Assembly: GCF_000150275.1 (NCBI RefSeq)
Contig: NW_002060950.1
Coordinates: 68,679-132,678 of the forward strand
Reading direction: 5' to 3'
Length of the DNA stretch: 64,000 nucleotides
From: Trichoplax adhaerens
Lineage: Eukaryota > Animalia > Placozoa
Part shown: positions 13,001 through 26,489 of the stretch, piece after piece
How positions within the stretch are numbered: position 1 is the first letter of the stretch
How the letters are laid out: every line of letters begins with the position of its first letter
Made by a program: the position numbers and the translations under genes
Notes under the pieces: model-generated
What the model was told of the DNA's origin: nothing
What the model saw: only the letters and a program-made list of their open reading frames with translations
Database searches by the model: none

Positions 13001-15950
13001 ACCCGTACCTAGTATATTAAATTTTGAAAATGAAATGATCAAATTCCACGAACTTGAGGAAGAATATCAGGCGCTGCAAAAAAGTTATTCTGAAATGCAG
13101 ACGGCCCTAAATAAGCAGTCACAAGAACCGAATTCTAACAGGATTATTGAGAATAAGTCTTCCCAGTAAGTGGCATAATGTGAAGATTAATTTGTTACTG
13201 TATTGCCTCGGTAGGCAGAAATAAAAGAATGAGATTTGTAAGCCATTATTATTATAAAAATATAGGCCGTCACATGAGTCTAGGAAAGCAGTGGAGCTTC
13301 CGATTATAACTAAGAAATCTGATAAACTCAATAAGAAAGAAAAGCGTTTCCAATTGAATGGATCGTTAACTAAATCTAAGAATGATGAGTTAGGCAATAG
13401 AGATAGTGCTGATGGCGATCGCCGAAATCCTGTAAAAGATGTCAATGACAGCAAAAAAACGACTTCGGCTGAACGACAAAGCAATGCGTTAAAACAGGTT
13501 TTTAAAATAGTGACTTACTTTTAGTTGAAACTAAGGTGTAATTCATGCGTTTTTTAAGGAGATTTGTTTTCATCTTTCTTAGCTACAAGGCCTGACTAAA
13601 CGACGAATGACGCCTACCCCAAAGGAAAGTAAAAGTGTCACGGAATCCAATCTCACGACTATTGCAGAGAATGAAGAGAGTATATCCGCTCAAAACATTA
13701 CAACAAAGAAACCCGGTAACGAAGATGCTACGAAATCTGTGCAAGTAGTTCCTGAGTCTACAGACGCACAGAGCCAAATATCTCATTCAGTATCGCAGGT
13801 GCTATCATCGAGCACGATATCCCCTGGGATAAATTTTCATGTCCCCACTCATTCATCTTCACAAGAAACAGCTTCGTCTGTGCCTCCAGCTCCTCCTCCT
13901 CCGCCTGTATCGAAAGTTAATCGAAATAAGCAGATATCTAATAACGGAAATCGAATTAGAGATAGTAAAAATCCTGTGATAGGTAACCTATCAGATAAAA
14001 TGCTGCATTTTTATCACTATCTTTTAATATTCATATTGGTAGAATTTTTGTACTAAAGTGAATCATACGTCACTAGATGAAGATGACGAAGAGCATGAAT
14101 CTTCAGGAGAATTGAAAGGTTACATTAAATAGGCTTTACATTCCACCAAGTGCATTAATTCTTACTGTCTTCAAATTTTTGCTGATTGTCATCATTAGAT
14201 AGTAATAACGCTGACGCTGGCAATCATCCGTTTACTTATTTAACCTCAGTAAGCACATTCAGTCCACTGATAATTTTTAATGCCACTTTTAGAGTTTTAA
14301 ATATATTTATGCTACGTATCTGTTGGGATTTTCTGATTAGTATAAGTATTTGGAACATCACTCTGCAATAATTCAATGTCGATTTTCATTCGATGCCAAG
14401 TATGTTGGTAGCTTAGAAACAGATGGTGTCGCCAAGTAAGAGTAGTCTTGATTGTATCGTGAATTTAGTTTTGAATTATCGGCTAAGGAAGCTTTTTGAC
14501 TAATAATTTTATAATTAATCGCAATCAGAATATGGAATCATCAACCAAATATATCAACGGTAGATACATTAGTATCGAAGCCACCTGGCTTTGTATCGTT
14601 GGAATGGATCAGCAATTGTGACAAGGTAGGCAATTGAAAGCAATCGCATGCTGTGTTATTAATTTTGGTCTAACACTGCAACTGTCTCAGTTGCTGTTAG
14701 GCACGGGAGATGGTACCATTCGAATTTATGATAGTAGTGTCAGGAAAACCGTTAAGGATATTGAAGTTGACAAGGAATATCCCAGGTGAGATTGATGGCG
14801 ATCTGATTATATTCGAGGTCAAATTAGCTGAATCTAGTAAAATTTTGTTTTTGTAGAGTTCAAGTTCTAGCATCTAGTCCTACAGGAACCTCGTTTGTAA
14901 GCGCAAATCAGGCCAGAATTTCATTTAACAGTGTTATGAACAACAAAGGCCAAAAGAATCACATATCCTTCTCTGGCATTGACACTAAGTCAGGAGTTTT
15001 GTTGACTTGGGATATGACGACTATGATGAAGCAGGTTACTATATCATATGTTAATTTTCTATTTCGCGTTTGGTGAAAATTCTGCCTCTTATTGTCGCTT
15101 ATATTTTGCTAGGAATCGCTACCTTTGGAAAAATCTGTTTTCATTAATTGTATATCATACAATGTTAGCGGAAATCTTCTTATTACTGGCGGAAGTGACG
15201 GCAAATGTAGATTATACGGTTAGATTTATTATTAAGGTACTGTAAAGTATTTGGCTATAGCCCACCAACACATATTAGAATTGAATTTTTAGATATTACC
15301 AACAACTTGCGCACTGCAACTTGGCAAGCACATAATGGAACAGTCTATGCTGTGCAGTTTAGTGGTGATGATAACAGTATTTATAGCATGGGTGCCGATA
15401 GAAAAGTAATGGGATGTTTGTCCACTGTATCACATTATTTCCTAATTTATTTCGTATAAATCTTTGTTAATACTTTTTCATTACTTTTAGTTCATTCAAT
15501 GGAGTATGCGTACAATAGGTACCAAAATTGCTGATTTTAATGTTACCCAAGGTGCATTTGGAGGCTTCTGTACACCCAATTCACAAGGCAGCATGGATAA
15601 AAAGTATTATACTCCTCGTGGAAATCTTTTCTCCTTTGATTCTAAAGGCGAATACGTCATTACGTTTGCATCGACTTGTGGACACATTTATAGGGTACTA
15701 TGCATATAGTTCATTTCATGAATAAGATTTTACTGGAACGTATTGCATATATAGGACTATATCTGAATATTTTGCTATCTTTTATCAGGTTAAGGATTCT
15801 GAAGAAGGTAATTTATTCAAGGTGCTTACTTTAGGGACACATCAGTTACCTGTGATGTGTGTGGATTGGTTTACAGCGAATACTTCTGGCACCGGTGTAA
15901 CAGGGTCTTTAGATGGTACTATTCATGTAACAAATTTTTTGAAAAGTTGA
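10099..15950 (+). CDS. WDR91: WD repeat-containing protein 91 (multi-exon; exon 1 10099-10221, exon 2 12068-12332, last exon 15790-15950)
   Basis: [78 protein letters not shown]; C-terminal WD40 exons (EHHSAIIQCRFS, LLLTGGSDG, WQAHNGTVYAVQF, TPRGNLFSFD, GSLDGTIHV). These match recalled WDR91 motifs. Confidence 0.93.
12728..13002 (+). other. U12-type (minor spliceosome) AT-AC intron in WDR91
   Basis: 5' site ATATCCTTT at 12728, branch-like GACCTTAAT at 12985-12993, terminal AC at 13001-13002. Splicing restores ..[12 protein letters not shown] in frame. Confidence 0.9.
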
Positions 15951-16859
15951 TGTATTGGATATTAAAGTCATTTAGCCCTGGTGAGACAGATTAAGAACTG
16001 ATGACTACGTACTTACGCTTTAGAAATGAAAATTCTGTGCGGCAGGTGAGATTCTACTGCAATGATATGATTTTCTTTTGTCGTAAATTGTACACTTTTA
16101 GTAATTAACCTATGCTTTAAGATATTTCCTGTTAATTTAGGTATTTAATAGTTCTTTGCACATAAACATTGAGATTTTTACGTTTTATGAAACAAAGAAT
16201 TTTAAAAATAATTGTACAGCTGATTGTAATATTACCGCGAGTTTACAATCTACAAAGTGTAATTACTGCCTGATTGATTCCGGAATAAGTAGATAATACT
16301 GATGCCGATAAAATCTGTCATTTTTAATTTACAAAAATCAATTTGTTGTATATTATTTAAAATCTAAAGCCTATTTATGAAAGCCACTTTACTACATTTT
16401 TATATGATGCTGTTTGAAGTGTAATAGTTCATACCATGTTTTAATGCGGCCCTGACTTGAACTTTTATGTAGTAGGAAAACGATAGGTTTGCTATGATCA
16501 ATTTTTGCATAAGCTATAGCATTGTGCATGTACGCTTTAATGAAGGGCGAACTACGTGGCATCTTTCAGAATAATGCGAATATCGAATTTACATAAAATT
16601 TTTGTTTGCTGTCTGTAAAATTTCTCTAAAGCTTTTGCTGTGAATAATGGTTTAATGTATAATAATGTATATGATATATACAGTAGTAAATAATGATCCC
16701 CTAAATGCAAATATTTTTTTTAATTAATACTTTTATGTTCGTGTAATGTATTTATAATAGATGTAAATTCATTATTAAAAGGGAAGGATGTTGATTGTAT
16801 TCTGAAAGTTTCGGATGAACTGACAGCAACATTTTTACACTGAAACTTCAAAATATATG

Positions 16860-17130
16860 TTTTCCATTTACACTCCTGACGAAGCTCGCGTAAGACATTT
16901 CTTATAAGAGTACTATGCACAAGATTAACTGATGGATTGTGTGAAAGAGCATGCTGTTACTTTCTGATATCAGCTTTGGTGGTATACATTTACGAAAAGA
17001 AGTCAGCGACTTCGGCTTCTGAGACGATACAGTCTCGTAACATGAATACGTTAACTTAACTCTGTATATGACATAGATTTGTTCATTTTCGGGAGGATGA
17101 AGATCTTACTGCGTAGCATACGTAATCAAT
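16860..17130 (-). pseudogene. Possible highly decayed hAT-type transposase fragment
   Basis: Stop-containing minus-strand translations PPENEQIYVI and LRDCIVSEAEVADFFS*MYTTKADIRK*QHAL loosely resemble the hAT consensus QNE.I..L...IV.E...A.FFS..ADET.DI...EQL. Weak. Confidence 0.25.
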
Positions 17131-18493
17131 ATGTATTTTGGACGGGTTTTTGTTACAGTAGCAGCATAATATAAGTAGGCTTACAGTATATGAGCAGCTT
17201 AGAGGATTTGATATCAGCTTTCATAGAAATGCTTTTATACGTGTATGCTCGTATACAATTATGCAGCGTATAAACCATTTGTGTATCATGCAAAGTTACT
17301 TTATCGATAGCTAAGATTTGGTTTTTGGCAACACTAAATTCTATGGTTTACACTCTACCACTTTCATCGTAAAACATGATCAATTTCTTTCGCATCGGTA
17401 TTCAATTAGTGATCATCATTCAATAAATCAGTCAATTTTGAGTTCACTCTCGGAGTTACTTCTGATTGATTCTGTATCAACCACAACAATCACCACCATT
17501 ACGTACGAGTGTTCAGCTTATGATATTGTTTTATGAATGGTTGAGATACTGTATTATACTCACAATGAACTGTAAAGCATGTAGATTAGGCAGCACTGTG
17601 AGTTATATTCTAATTTGTGAAAGTCTTGATGGCAATTCACCAAAAATAAACAATTATCGGTGGTACGACAGCCAATACTTTGCGCTCAATGCTAAATTTA
17701 TAGATCGCATTCGGTTTGCTTTCATATCAATAGACAGAAATTATGATCTGCGGTATGCTGCTAAATGTTATAAATTTAATTAATTTTATAGTCTAGACAG
17801 AAGTTATAGTTTTTAAATCACCGACTTAGCTACATGTTAAGCATCAAATTAACAGAGAATTAATATATAATCCGTCTTAAGACCTTTGGCAGTCTGGTTG
17901 CAATAAGATTATACGAAAATTATAACTGTGATATTCCTTTAACTGTATGATTTTGAAGTAATTGCGGCTTGCATTATATCTATAAACAATTACATATAGC
18001 GCGTCGATCAGCGTAAGCACAAGCGTTGATAAAGACAGTAATGTTGTTTCTTGAAGATTGAAATATTACTGAAGGCCATTCATTCGAATTTATTTAAGAT
18101 TAATTTTGCATAAAACTTTATGATTAATGTATGATAGATCAAGAATGAAATTAAGGAAATTGGCAAATTCTTGATAACGTACAATAGAAATAACACGGCA
18201 AATACGGTAGCGTTTAAGATTTCTATTATCATCAGCGATTGTATTACCGACATAAGTTAAGTACCGATCCGCCTAATAAACAATAATTACAAAGTCGCTC
18301 CATAATTGTGAAGGAACCACGTAGATCTACAATTTGGACTCTAAATAAAGTAATTATTTCATAATACCAATACTCTTTTGGTTATAAAGGTTTACAAGTT
18401 AATGCGGAGCATTTTTTAATGTAGAAAAAGAATTCGCAAAGATGAGCGTAATCTTGATATTAGTGGTTTTGATCGCGGTAGAATGTAGTTAAT

Positions 18494-21181
18494 TCATATT
18501 TTCAATTTATTACGAGTGCTTCGACGTATTAAATTTTCGTCATATGCGTCTATTATCCGCTTGCGATTTAATTCTGATGCCATCAAATTCCGAATGCGCT
18601 CACCTTCTCGTACAGGTTCTAACATGTAGGTGCCGTATCCAATTATTATGATCATCACACTAGTCAGTGTATTAAATTGAATCTGAAAATAAATTGTGTT
18701 TATTACCAATCAAATTATTCTACATTAATCAAAGTCGATATTTAAAAGCCTATACGTTAAAGGCTAGAAGAAAACATAGACTTAATCCTCAAAGTTAGGC
18801 TATGTTGTTCTAGAGTCCTTTTGCAGTTTCAGTTTAACAGTATCCTACTACATTTACCTTGCTCTTTTCCAGAAAAGTCAAAATTATGTTAGAATAAAGA
18901 GGACACGGTAAGAGACATAAAGTCAGCATTATAGAGTCACTGAGTTCTATTATTGCTGCGGCAAGGACGTTAAAAATTGCAAAGGAAACACCATAGGCAA
19001 GGATTAAAAGACCTAAAGTAGATAAATTCAATCTGTGTAAATCGTAAAGAAAATTAAAGAGCCAGTAAATATCTATAACCGATTACACCTTTTATAAAAG
19101 TCCATTTCATAGCTAGCAAAGTGTGGATATCAAAAATTAGCCTATTAAAACGAGAAAATATGATGATTAGCAAATTACGGTGCTTGTACAGCAGATACAT
19201 TATTTAAATACAGGATTTAATTTAATCACGCCTACAGTAAATAAATGCTTAATCTTTACCATAATCTTAAAGAAACACTTTATATTAATTATGATTAGCT
19301 ATATTAAAGTGTTATATTTGACGGCTTTTTTGGCTAAAGAGTATCTTAAGATTAGTAAACATACTTACACAATTGCACCCGATATTATGCAATTGAAACT
19401 GCTTTGCATTCCTAATAATTCTAAGCTACCATAAATTTTGATAATAAAATTTTTAAATATAACGCAAATAGCGAAAAGGAGCGATCCAGTAACGCATAAA
19501 AAAACTTCTGTAATTCTCCAAAATTCTAAGAAAGATCAAAAGTACTTTCTGTAAGCATTACCAAAAGAGTAGTTTCGAAGATTTTACTAGAAACAACCTG
19601 TATTCATAATTCGCAACGATAGAGTGAAAAATAGATCACTTTCAGAGTTTCAGTGGCTTCATTCATTACCTGTCGTTTGCATTAAATAGTCTGCTTGAAC
19701 AATAAATGGCGATAGTCGAATACCGAGAAGGCACACTGTTATTCCTAACAGATTGATGATGCCGTAACGGAAGCCAAGAAATAAAAAACCCAGAATTAGA
19801 ATGATAGGAATGGAGAGCTCGAAGACCTAGTTGTTGTCGTTATGTTGCAATGATAACAAATTATGACATAATTAGTTATGATTGACTTCAGGAAGGTTAA
19901 AACTTATAGTACTGTTATGATTTTATCGATCAATTAATTTCATATTTGACATCTTTACGGTCATAACCCGAAGTTACGACCAAGGGATATCTAATAAGTT
20001 ACTAAGATTTTGGATCATAATGTAAGAAATCTGCAGAATAGCATCAGTCAATTGTCACAATTCCAGTAGCAACGTTACTATTAAGTATGAGGCTACGAAC
20101 TATCAAATGTAATCGGAGTGTAATAACGATAAAATAACGATTTTGTTTTAATTTGGAACTTGTCAAATCCTTGCTAGATGTGTTTCTTGTACAAAACACT
20201 GCATTCGCACCGTGCAGTGGCTGGATCATGAAATTCTACCAGACCGTGTCTTAATATTATTTTATGATCCACTAGCTCAACAACTCGTCGATTACTAATC
20301 TCGCAGTTGAATAATCGTAAGTTATTGATATTGCAGCATATTCTTCAGGTGATTTGTGTAACTTGATAGAAAATATTACCTAGGGTATTCCGCTTAAATT
20401 TCAGTACAAGTGCTAGATAATTAATGAAAGTATAGTAAATCCATACAATTACATTAACTATCGTTGTACTTGCATGATAGATTTACTAGCGATAGAGATT
20501 TAATGACCGTGCATCGCTTATTAGCCCAAGGTATAAACAAACCTCATTCACTTCTTACCTCGATACTTCCTCTACTGGTAATGATTGAATGTCTACACAA
20601 CGCAATCAAATTAGCGGCAACTTCGAGAAAGCTAATTGCAAAATATACCATCATTCTGTCAACCAGTTTCCATGAAATTTTGCTTGACTGAAGTCGCATC
20701 ATTCTAGAAGTATACACCGCTGCTACCATACCATAGCCTAAAAAGGTGGTCGTTGGAAGCAAACGAATGGAAAAAATTTTCTTAAGTTTATAACCGATGA
20801 CTTGCTGAAAGGCCAAAACGAATGCCATTAACATTGACAACCATAAAATTTTCCATAGTTTCCTAAAAATTAAAAAAACAATATTAGAAAGAATAGAGCA
20901 ACTCGGAATAAGATTTTGGTACATGCGTCGGTTACTACTATAAATCTCAAATACTGAACGTAATGGATAGGTTAAGGTGCGGACTAGAAATTTTGACCTT
21001 CTAGTAGTCCATAGTTAATTAAATACAAACCCAAGTTGGTCAATGCTCTAATTATTTGAATCTTGAGAATTTATTACCTCTATTTTAATCACCATAGGCA
21101 GTGGAAATTATTGCTTCTAATGACATGACATTCGTTTTTAAAATCTGCTTGACTCATGTTATAATCGATATTTTTTGTCAT
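18494..21181 (-). CDS. Divergent SLC35F1/F2-family multi-pass transporter; exons ~21181-21093, 20862-20559, 19826-19670, ~19525-19369, ~19141-19089, ~19032-18858, ~18682-18494
   Basis: Spliced segments LWKILWLSML, LPTTTFLGY, YFAISFLEVAAN, LSIPIILILGFLFLGFRYGII..GITVCLLG, ELLGM..IISG, MKWT, LYS and IIIIGY follow the SLC35F motif order (PT.QSFLNY; DVEANY; IP..LS..FL..RY..G..VCLLG; EFLGM..IISG). GT-AG introns. The start could be 21181, 21157 or further upstream. Confidence 0.75.
19955..19982 (-). repeat. Dispersed motif CGTAACTTCGGGTTWTGRCCGTAA, copy 1 (SLC35F intron)
   Basis: Reverse complement matches 62241-62264 at 22 of 24 nt. Confidence 0.55.
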
Positions 21182-22048
21182 TACGAAATGGATGAGGTTA
21201 ACGGGGTTGGTTCTGTACTAAAATTCTTATGGTTCGAATACTTCTTAACAGTCAAATTACACATTGATATTAACGTAGGGATATACAGTACTAGAAGTTA
21301 TTGCGAATATCTTGATTATTTTTGAGCAGCTACTTTACAAATTAAACTAATGTCACAGTGTAAAACGTTTATTCGGTTATTGGCCAACAGCGTGGGCTCG
21401 ACCATACTGCAGTCGATCAGTATTAATTGTAGCAACGCTAATGATATGACTGTAGAATTACTTTTTTAGTTTTATCACGAATGCTTCGAATTACATTTCG
21501 CCAACAGATTAGACTACAGCAATGATTAAAATATATATACGACCTTCTCGCGGACGGCTAGTACACGTAAATTATGATCATTTTAGAAGTATTTTTATTT
21601 TTCATTTGCGTCCCTTACTTACGTATACGCACTTCTGCTAATAGAGATCTTGAGAGGTCTATGATTTTTCTTATTTATTACTGACAGATCGACGAGGATC
21701 AGTGTACGTATGTCTATCAGAAGCTATTAAGAAATCGTTTAAAATATTCAGATATAGTACAAATACACGACTACATGAGAACAGCCTGCAGATTTATATT
21801 GACGTGACGCAGACTGAGTAACGTCGAATTTACCGGTTCAAAATCTTGATCTTACATTTGTAGATCTTGACCTTTAAATGCTGCAGCAAAGGGCCGCTAT
21901 TAGCACAGTACATTGCGCGTGAAACAGTACGTACAGTATAGCACGTTGCCAATGTAAGACTAATACCTGCGATATCACTTACTTTTAAGATCGCTTGATT
22001 TATTAAATGCTAAGCTTTACTGTTTGTGAATAAATATACTCATATCAA

Positions 22049-22309
22049 TCACCTTCTTCGAGCTTTAAGCTTTTTAAGTAAGTTCTCGCAGTTTAATTGT
22101 TTGTAAGACTTGTAGTCTTTGTCTCTAATCTTGACCTTCTTCACGTCATCCCTGATAACGTCCCAGACGGCAGGATTTGCTGCAGCAACTGGTACAATTT
22201 TGGTCGAAACGTTATCAATAGATGGTGCTGTCATGGTTAGGAGGGCATTATTATTCGGTAGAGGTGGCAAACACAGTAATAGTGGACAGTAGTAAACATT
22301 TGCAATCAT
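22049..22309 (-). CDS. Hypothetical short Lys-rich ORF, divergent from NHLRC2 (orphan first exon or upstream exon of the SLC35F gene)
   Basis: ATG-initiated (22309 or 22234), coding-like composition (MTAPSIDNVSTKIVPVAAANPAVWDVIRDDVKKVKIRDKDYKSYK..), ends at an AG|GTGATT donor-like site, and lies just beyond a TACAG array. No recognised family. Confidence 0.4.
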   Translation of the reverse strand: MIANVYYCPLLLCLPPLPNNNALLTMTAPSIDNVSTKIVPVAAANPAVWDVIRDDVKKVKIRDKDYKSYKQLNCENLLKKLKARRR

Positions 22310-22577
22310 TGAATTTCTAGCACTTTAGCATTCGATGCTATTAATAAATGACTTTCTGCGCCAACGTTACTACAAACCGTGTCTGAAGTCAAGATGACAG
22401 CAATCCTTCGTCTTCCTATAATTAATTAGATGCTACCGCGTCTCATCAGAACTGTACATTTCAGTATGCCAAACTCTACTGCATGTTAAAGAGATAAAAC
22501 TTCACGTTTGTCGGTTTTAAGCATAAAACTTCAAACTTCAAAACTTTTGCCTGCAAGAAATCAAACTAATGATTTTC

Positions 22578-22850
22578 TACTGTAGTGTACTGTACAGTAC
22601 TGTACGACCATACTGTACTGTACTGTACTGTACATTTGTCTTAGAAGTCCCTGGTACAGTAAAATACTGTACTGTACTGTACAAGTGTACTGTACAAGTG
22701 TACTGTACAGTGTACTGTACATTCAGTCACAGTGCATACTCACAGTGAACAGTGCACAGTGATCTGTACAGTACAGTACAGTACAGTAAAGGAAATCTCA
22801 CCCTTCCCCCTCTCAATAGCTATACTGTACAGTACTGTACTGTACAGTAT
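22578..22850. repeat. TACAG/CTGTA array upstream of NHLRC2
   Basis: (TACTG)4 and (TACAG)4 runs plus tandem GTGTACTGTACA units, ending ~140 nt before ATG 22993. Confidence 0.85.
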
Positions 22851-22992
22851 AGTCGACCGACGTGTTAACATAACTTATACCTTTGAAACGTTTCTCAACT
22901 CCTTGGCAAGTTGGCATACTATCATAACTAGGAAGAGCTGCTTCAGATAGTGTTTTTGCGTAAATAGAAAATAAATCTACAGACATCATGAG

Positions 22993-25900
22993 ATGGATTT
23001 ATCTATGACATCCTTCTTGAATACTTCGCATCAACTAGAAGAAAAGTGCAAAACTATTGTTAATAATGAAAAAAGAGATCAGCTTATAGTCACTTACTTA
23101 AGCGAAAGACATGCAGAATATGTGAATGGTACAAGGCCCAGTTTTGATTTTCCAGCAAACTTAGAATGGCTAAACTGCGAAAATCAGTTATCATTTGAGA
23201 ATGAGTTGAATGGAAAACTATGCGTTTTGGATATATTCACGTACTGTTGTATAAATTGCATGCATGTTATGCCGGATTTAAAACATCTGCATTCGAAATT
23301 CAGTATCGAAGATGGAGTTATGATTATTGGTGTTCATTCAGCAAAATTTGATGATGAGAAGTCAACCGCTAATGTTATTCAGTCAATCTTACGCCACGAA
23401 CTAGATCATCCTGTAGTTAACGATGAAAGAGGAATTATATATGACAGCTTGGATATACAATGTTGGCCGACTTTCGTTATACTTGGCCCTCAAGGTCAGT
23501 TTCTGCATGTCTTGCATGGAGAAGGAAAACGCGAAATGCTGATGTGGCTAGTTCGCCTCGGGTTGCGGTACTATGATTCACTCGGATTGTTATCTCATCA
23601 TTCGATCCCTTTAAGTTTAGAGCGGCATAAAATTAAACCTATGACTCTTTCCTTCCCTGGTAAGGTTTGTGTAGTGAATGATGGAGATGACATAGTTATT
23701 TCTGATTCCGGGCATCACAGAATCCTAATTGTTGGGAAAGATGGAATAACGCGTAGCTGTGTAGGTAACAAGGAGTATTTTGAAGAAGGATTTGTCGATG
23801 GTGTCTTTCAAAAGGCACGTTTTAATAATCCACAAGGCATAACATGCAGCCGCAACGGAAAAACGATTTTCGTCGCAGATACTAACAATCACGCAATAAG
23901 AAAGGTGCGTGCAGTCCGTACATGTTTAATAAACTGTAGCATTATAATCTGTATGGTTTCCGTCAGTTGTTATTGTTACCAGTACGTTATGAATTATGGC
24001 TTTACCATTTTGACGTTGTAAATGGTGTGTGGGTGGAGATGAAATTACGATAACGTAAACATTGATTAAGTACAGTACAGAATAATAAACAGAAATAAAT
24101 AAGATGTGTCCAGATTTTCCGGGCGTCCTGTACTTTACTAGCTGTAAGTGATAATTTAACTTATACTATACCGGATTAATTTTAGACTTATCGAATGTTA
24201 GCACAAGTAGGTCTAGCTTCGCGCGTCTTTAAGAATGTACTACGTGATGTAGGATGAACTGCCTTTTCAAATACTGTTTTCTATGCTGTTATAAGATCGA
24301 TTTAGAATATTGTGAAGTGACTACCATTGCTGGAACTGGAAATCAAGGGAATGATTTGGTTGGTGGGGGTGCAGGAAAAATGCAAGCTCTAAATTCTCCG
24401 TGGGATTTAACACTAGGGCCCAGTCCAGGTACCTAACATTTATCGCAACTGAAAACTAAACTGTATTGTGGACGACTTTATGATATTGCGTTTAACTTTT
24501 AAGGCGTTTAAAGCGCGACAAAGTAATATTTATAAATTCACATTCATCAGCTGACAATACGATGGAAGGATTCACATTCATGAATGATATTTAGGTTGCG
24601 AGGATCAGGAAGTTGTCCTATATATTGCTATGGCGGGATCACATCAGATCTGGGCTTTAGCTTTAGAAGATTGTGTTTGGTTTAATAATAGGTACTGCTG
24701 CATATGGGCACGTAACTTGTTACTCACCCAGTTAACTAGTTAACAAGTTTAATTATTAAAAAATTGCTAAACTTTCGTCATATCACGGCAACTAGTTAAC
24801 CAATTAATTTAATAATTTGATTATTTCAACGGAGAAATGATAATTCAACGTCTTCAGCCGATAGTGTGATACGGTACTACTTAGTCGCCTGTGGTCTTAA
24901 ATCAAATACGCCAGTGCCGCTAAATTCACTTAATTTATAATGAAGATATTCGAATCCAAGTTTAATAAATAGTAATAAATTTAATGCCCGATTTGTACAG
25001 TTTTCAAGATTTCATATAGCGTAATATACTTAGGTCATTACGACGTGGTTGTTGCTTGGCTTTTTGCGGTAGTGGTGACGAAGAGAATAGGAATAATTAT
25101 TACCCGCATAAAGCGGGTTTTGCTCAACCTTCTGGCATAGTGTCTACCAATTCAAGCCTGTATGTTGCGGATAGTGAAAGTAGCACTATACGAATGATTG
25201 ATATCAAAACCGGAAGTGTGAAAGGACTAGTGGGAGGAGGACTTGATCCAAAAGTATATAAACTGTATTTAGAAAGGAAATGCAATATATTAGGATATAT
25301 AATTCATTGTTTGTTTTAGTGTTACTATTATAGAAATTTTTATACTCGTATAATAGGATTTATTCTCTTTCGGGGATGTTGATGGAATTGGTATGTCAGC
25401 TAAGTTACAACACCCAATTGGTATTGCCTGGCGTGCTTGTAGCAAAGACGTTATCATTGCTGATTCTTATAACCATAAAGTAGGGCATAGATCGTGAAAC
25501 AAGAGCTATTCTTGTATGGATTGCATACTTTTGAGATATCACTGTTTACAATTTTTGCAGATCAAAATTATTAATCCAACAAAGCGTACCAGCACTACCT
25601 TAATTGATGGAAATTGTGGGCCGGGCATGAATGACAAAATAGTTCCGGATGTAAAACTGCGCGAGCCAAGCGGGTTACACTTGTCCCCTGATGGAAATTC
25701 GCTCTATATAGCAAACACAAACGCACATGTTATTACCATGATTAATCTGCAAACTATGGAGCAATTAACGGTAGTATACTTAGCAAATACGAGAATGTTC
25801 TGCGAATTGAATATTTAAGTAGTTCTTGTACGTATTTTACAGATGAACATAATATTTACAGAAGCCGTTTCGGATTCAGTCGATAATGTCAATGACAAGG

Positions 25901-26489
25901 TATTAGTGACGGATGCAAAGCCAGTCATTCGACTAAATCAGGTTTGCTTACCTATGGATGCTTATGGTGAAATCCAAATAAGTGTAACATTACCAAAACA
26001 GAGTCATTTCACACCAGGAGCAAAGCATAAATGGATTTACGTCAAAGATACTGGTAATGCACTTACATACCTATGTGCAGCTTTTACACTTACATTATAC
26101 ACTGTAGTAACTTAACTTGCATAACCTTCCTGTATCATTAGCTGCTACAACTATAATCTCCCTCGATAAATTCAGAGGAAAATTTGAACAGAGCTTGGAA
26201 ATTTTAACTACTTATCAACTTAATTCTCCTAGAGCTGTAGATGCTTTTGTTGTAAAGGTAAGATGAAACTGTTTATTCCGATTTGTCGTTTGCAACCGTT
26301 TTGTGCTTTTACTAATGTAGTGAACTTGGTAACGTGTTTCTACAGTTTGATGTGACGGTTTACTACTGTGATGATCTTACTGGAACATGTAGAATAGCTG
26401 ATTCTCGGCTTGTCCTACCAATAGCAGTTACTGAAAAAGAAGAGGCCGTGAGCTCACATTCAATCGCCCTAGACTTTATAGTCCAGTAG
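22993..26489 (+). CDS. NHLRC2: NHL repeat-containing protein 2 (thioredoxin-like + NHL beta-propeller + C-terminal domain); 9 exons, first 22993-23904, last 26346-26489
   Basis: [91 protein letters not shown] and YYCD..GTCR are hallmark NHLRC2 motifs. GT-AG introns. Confidence 0.96.
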
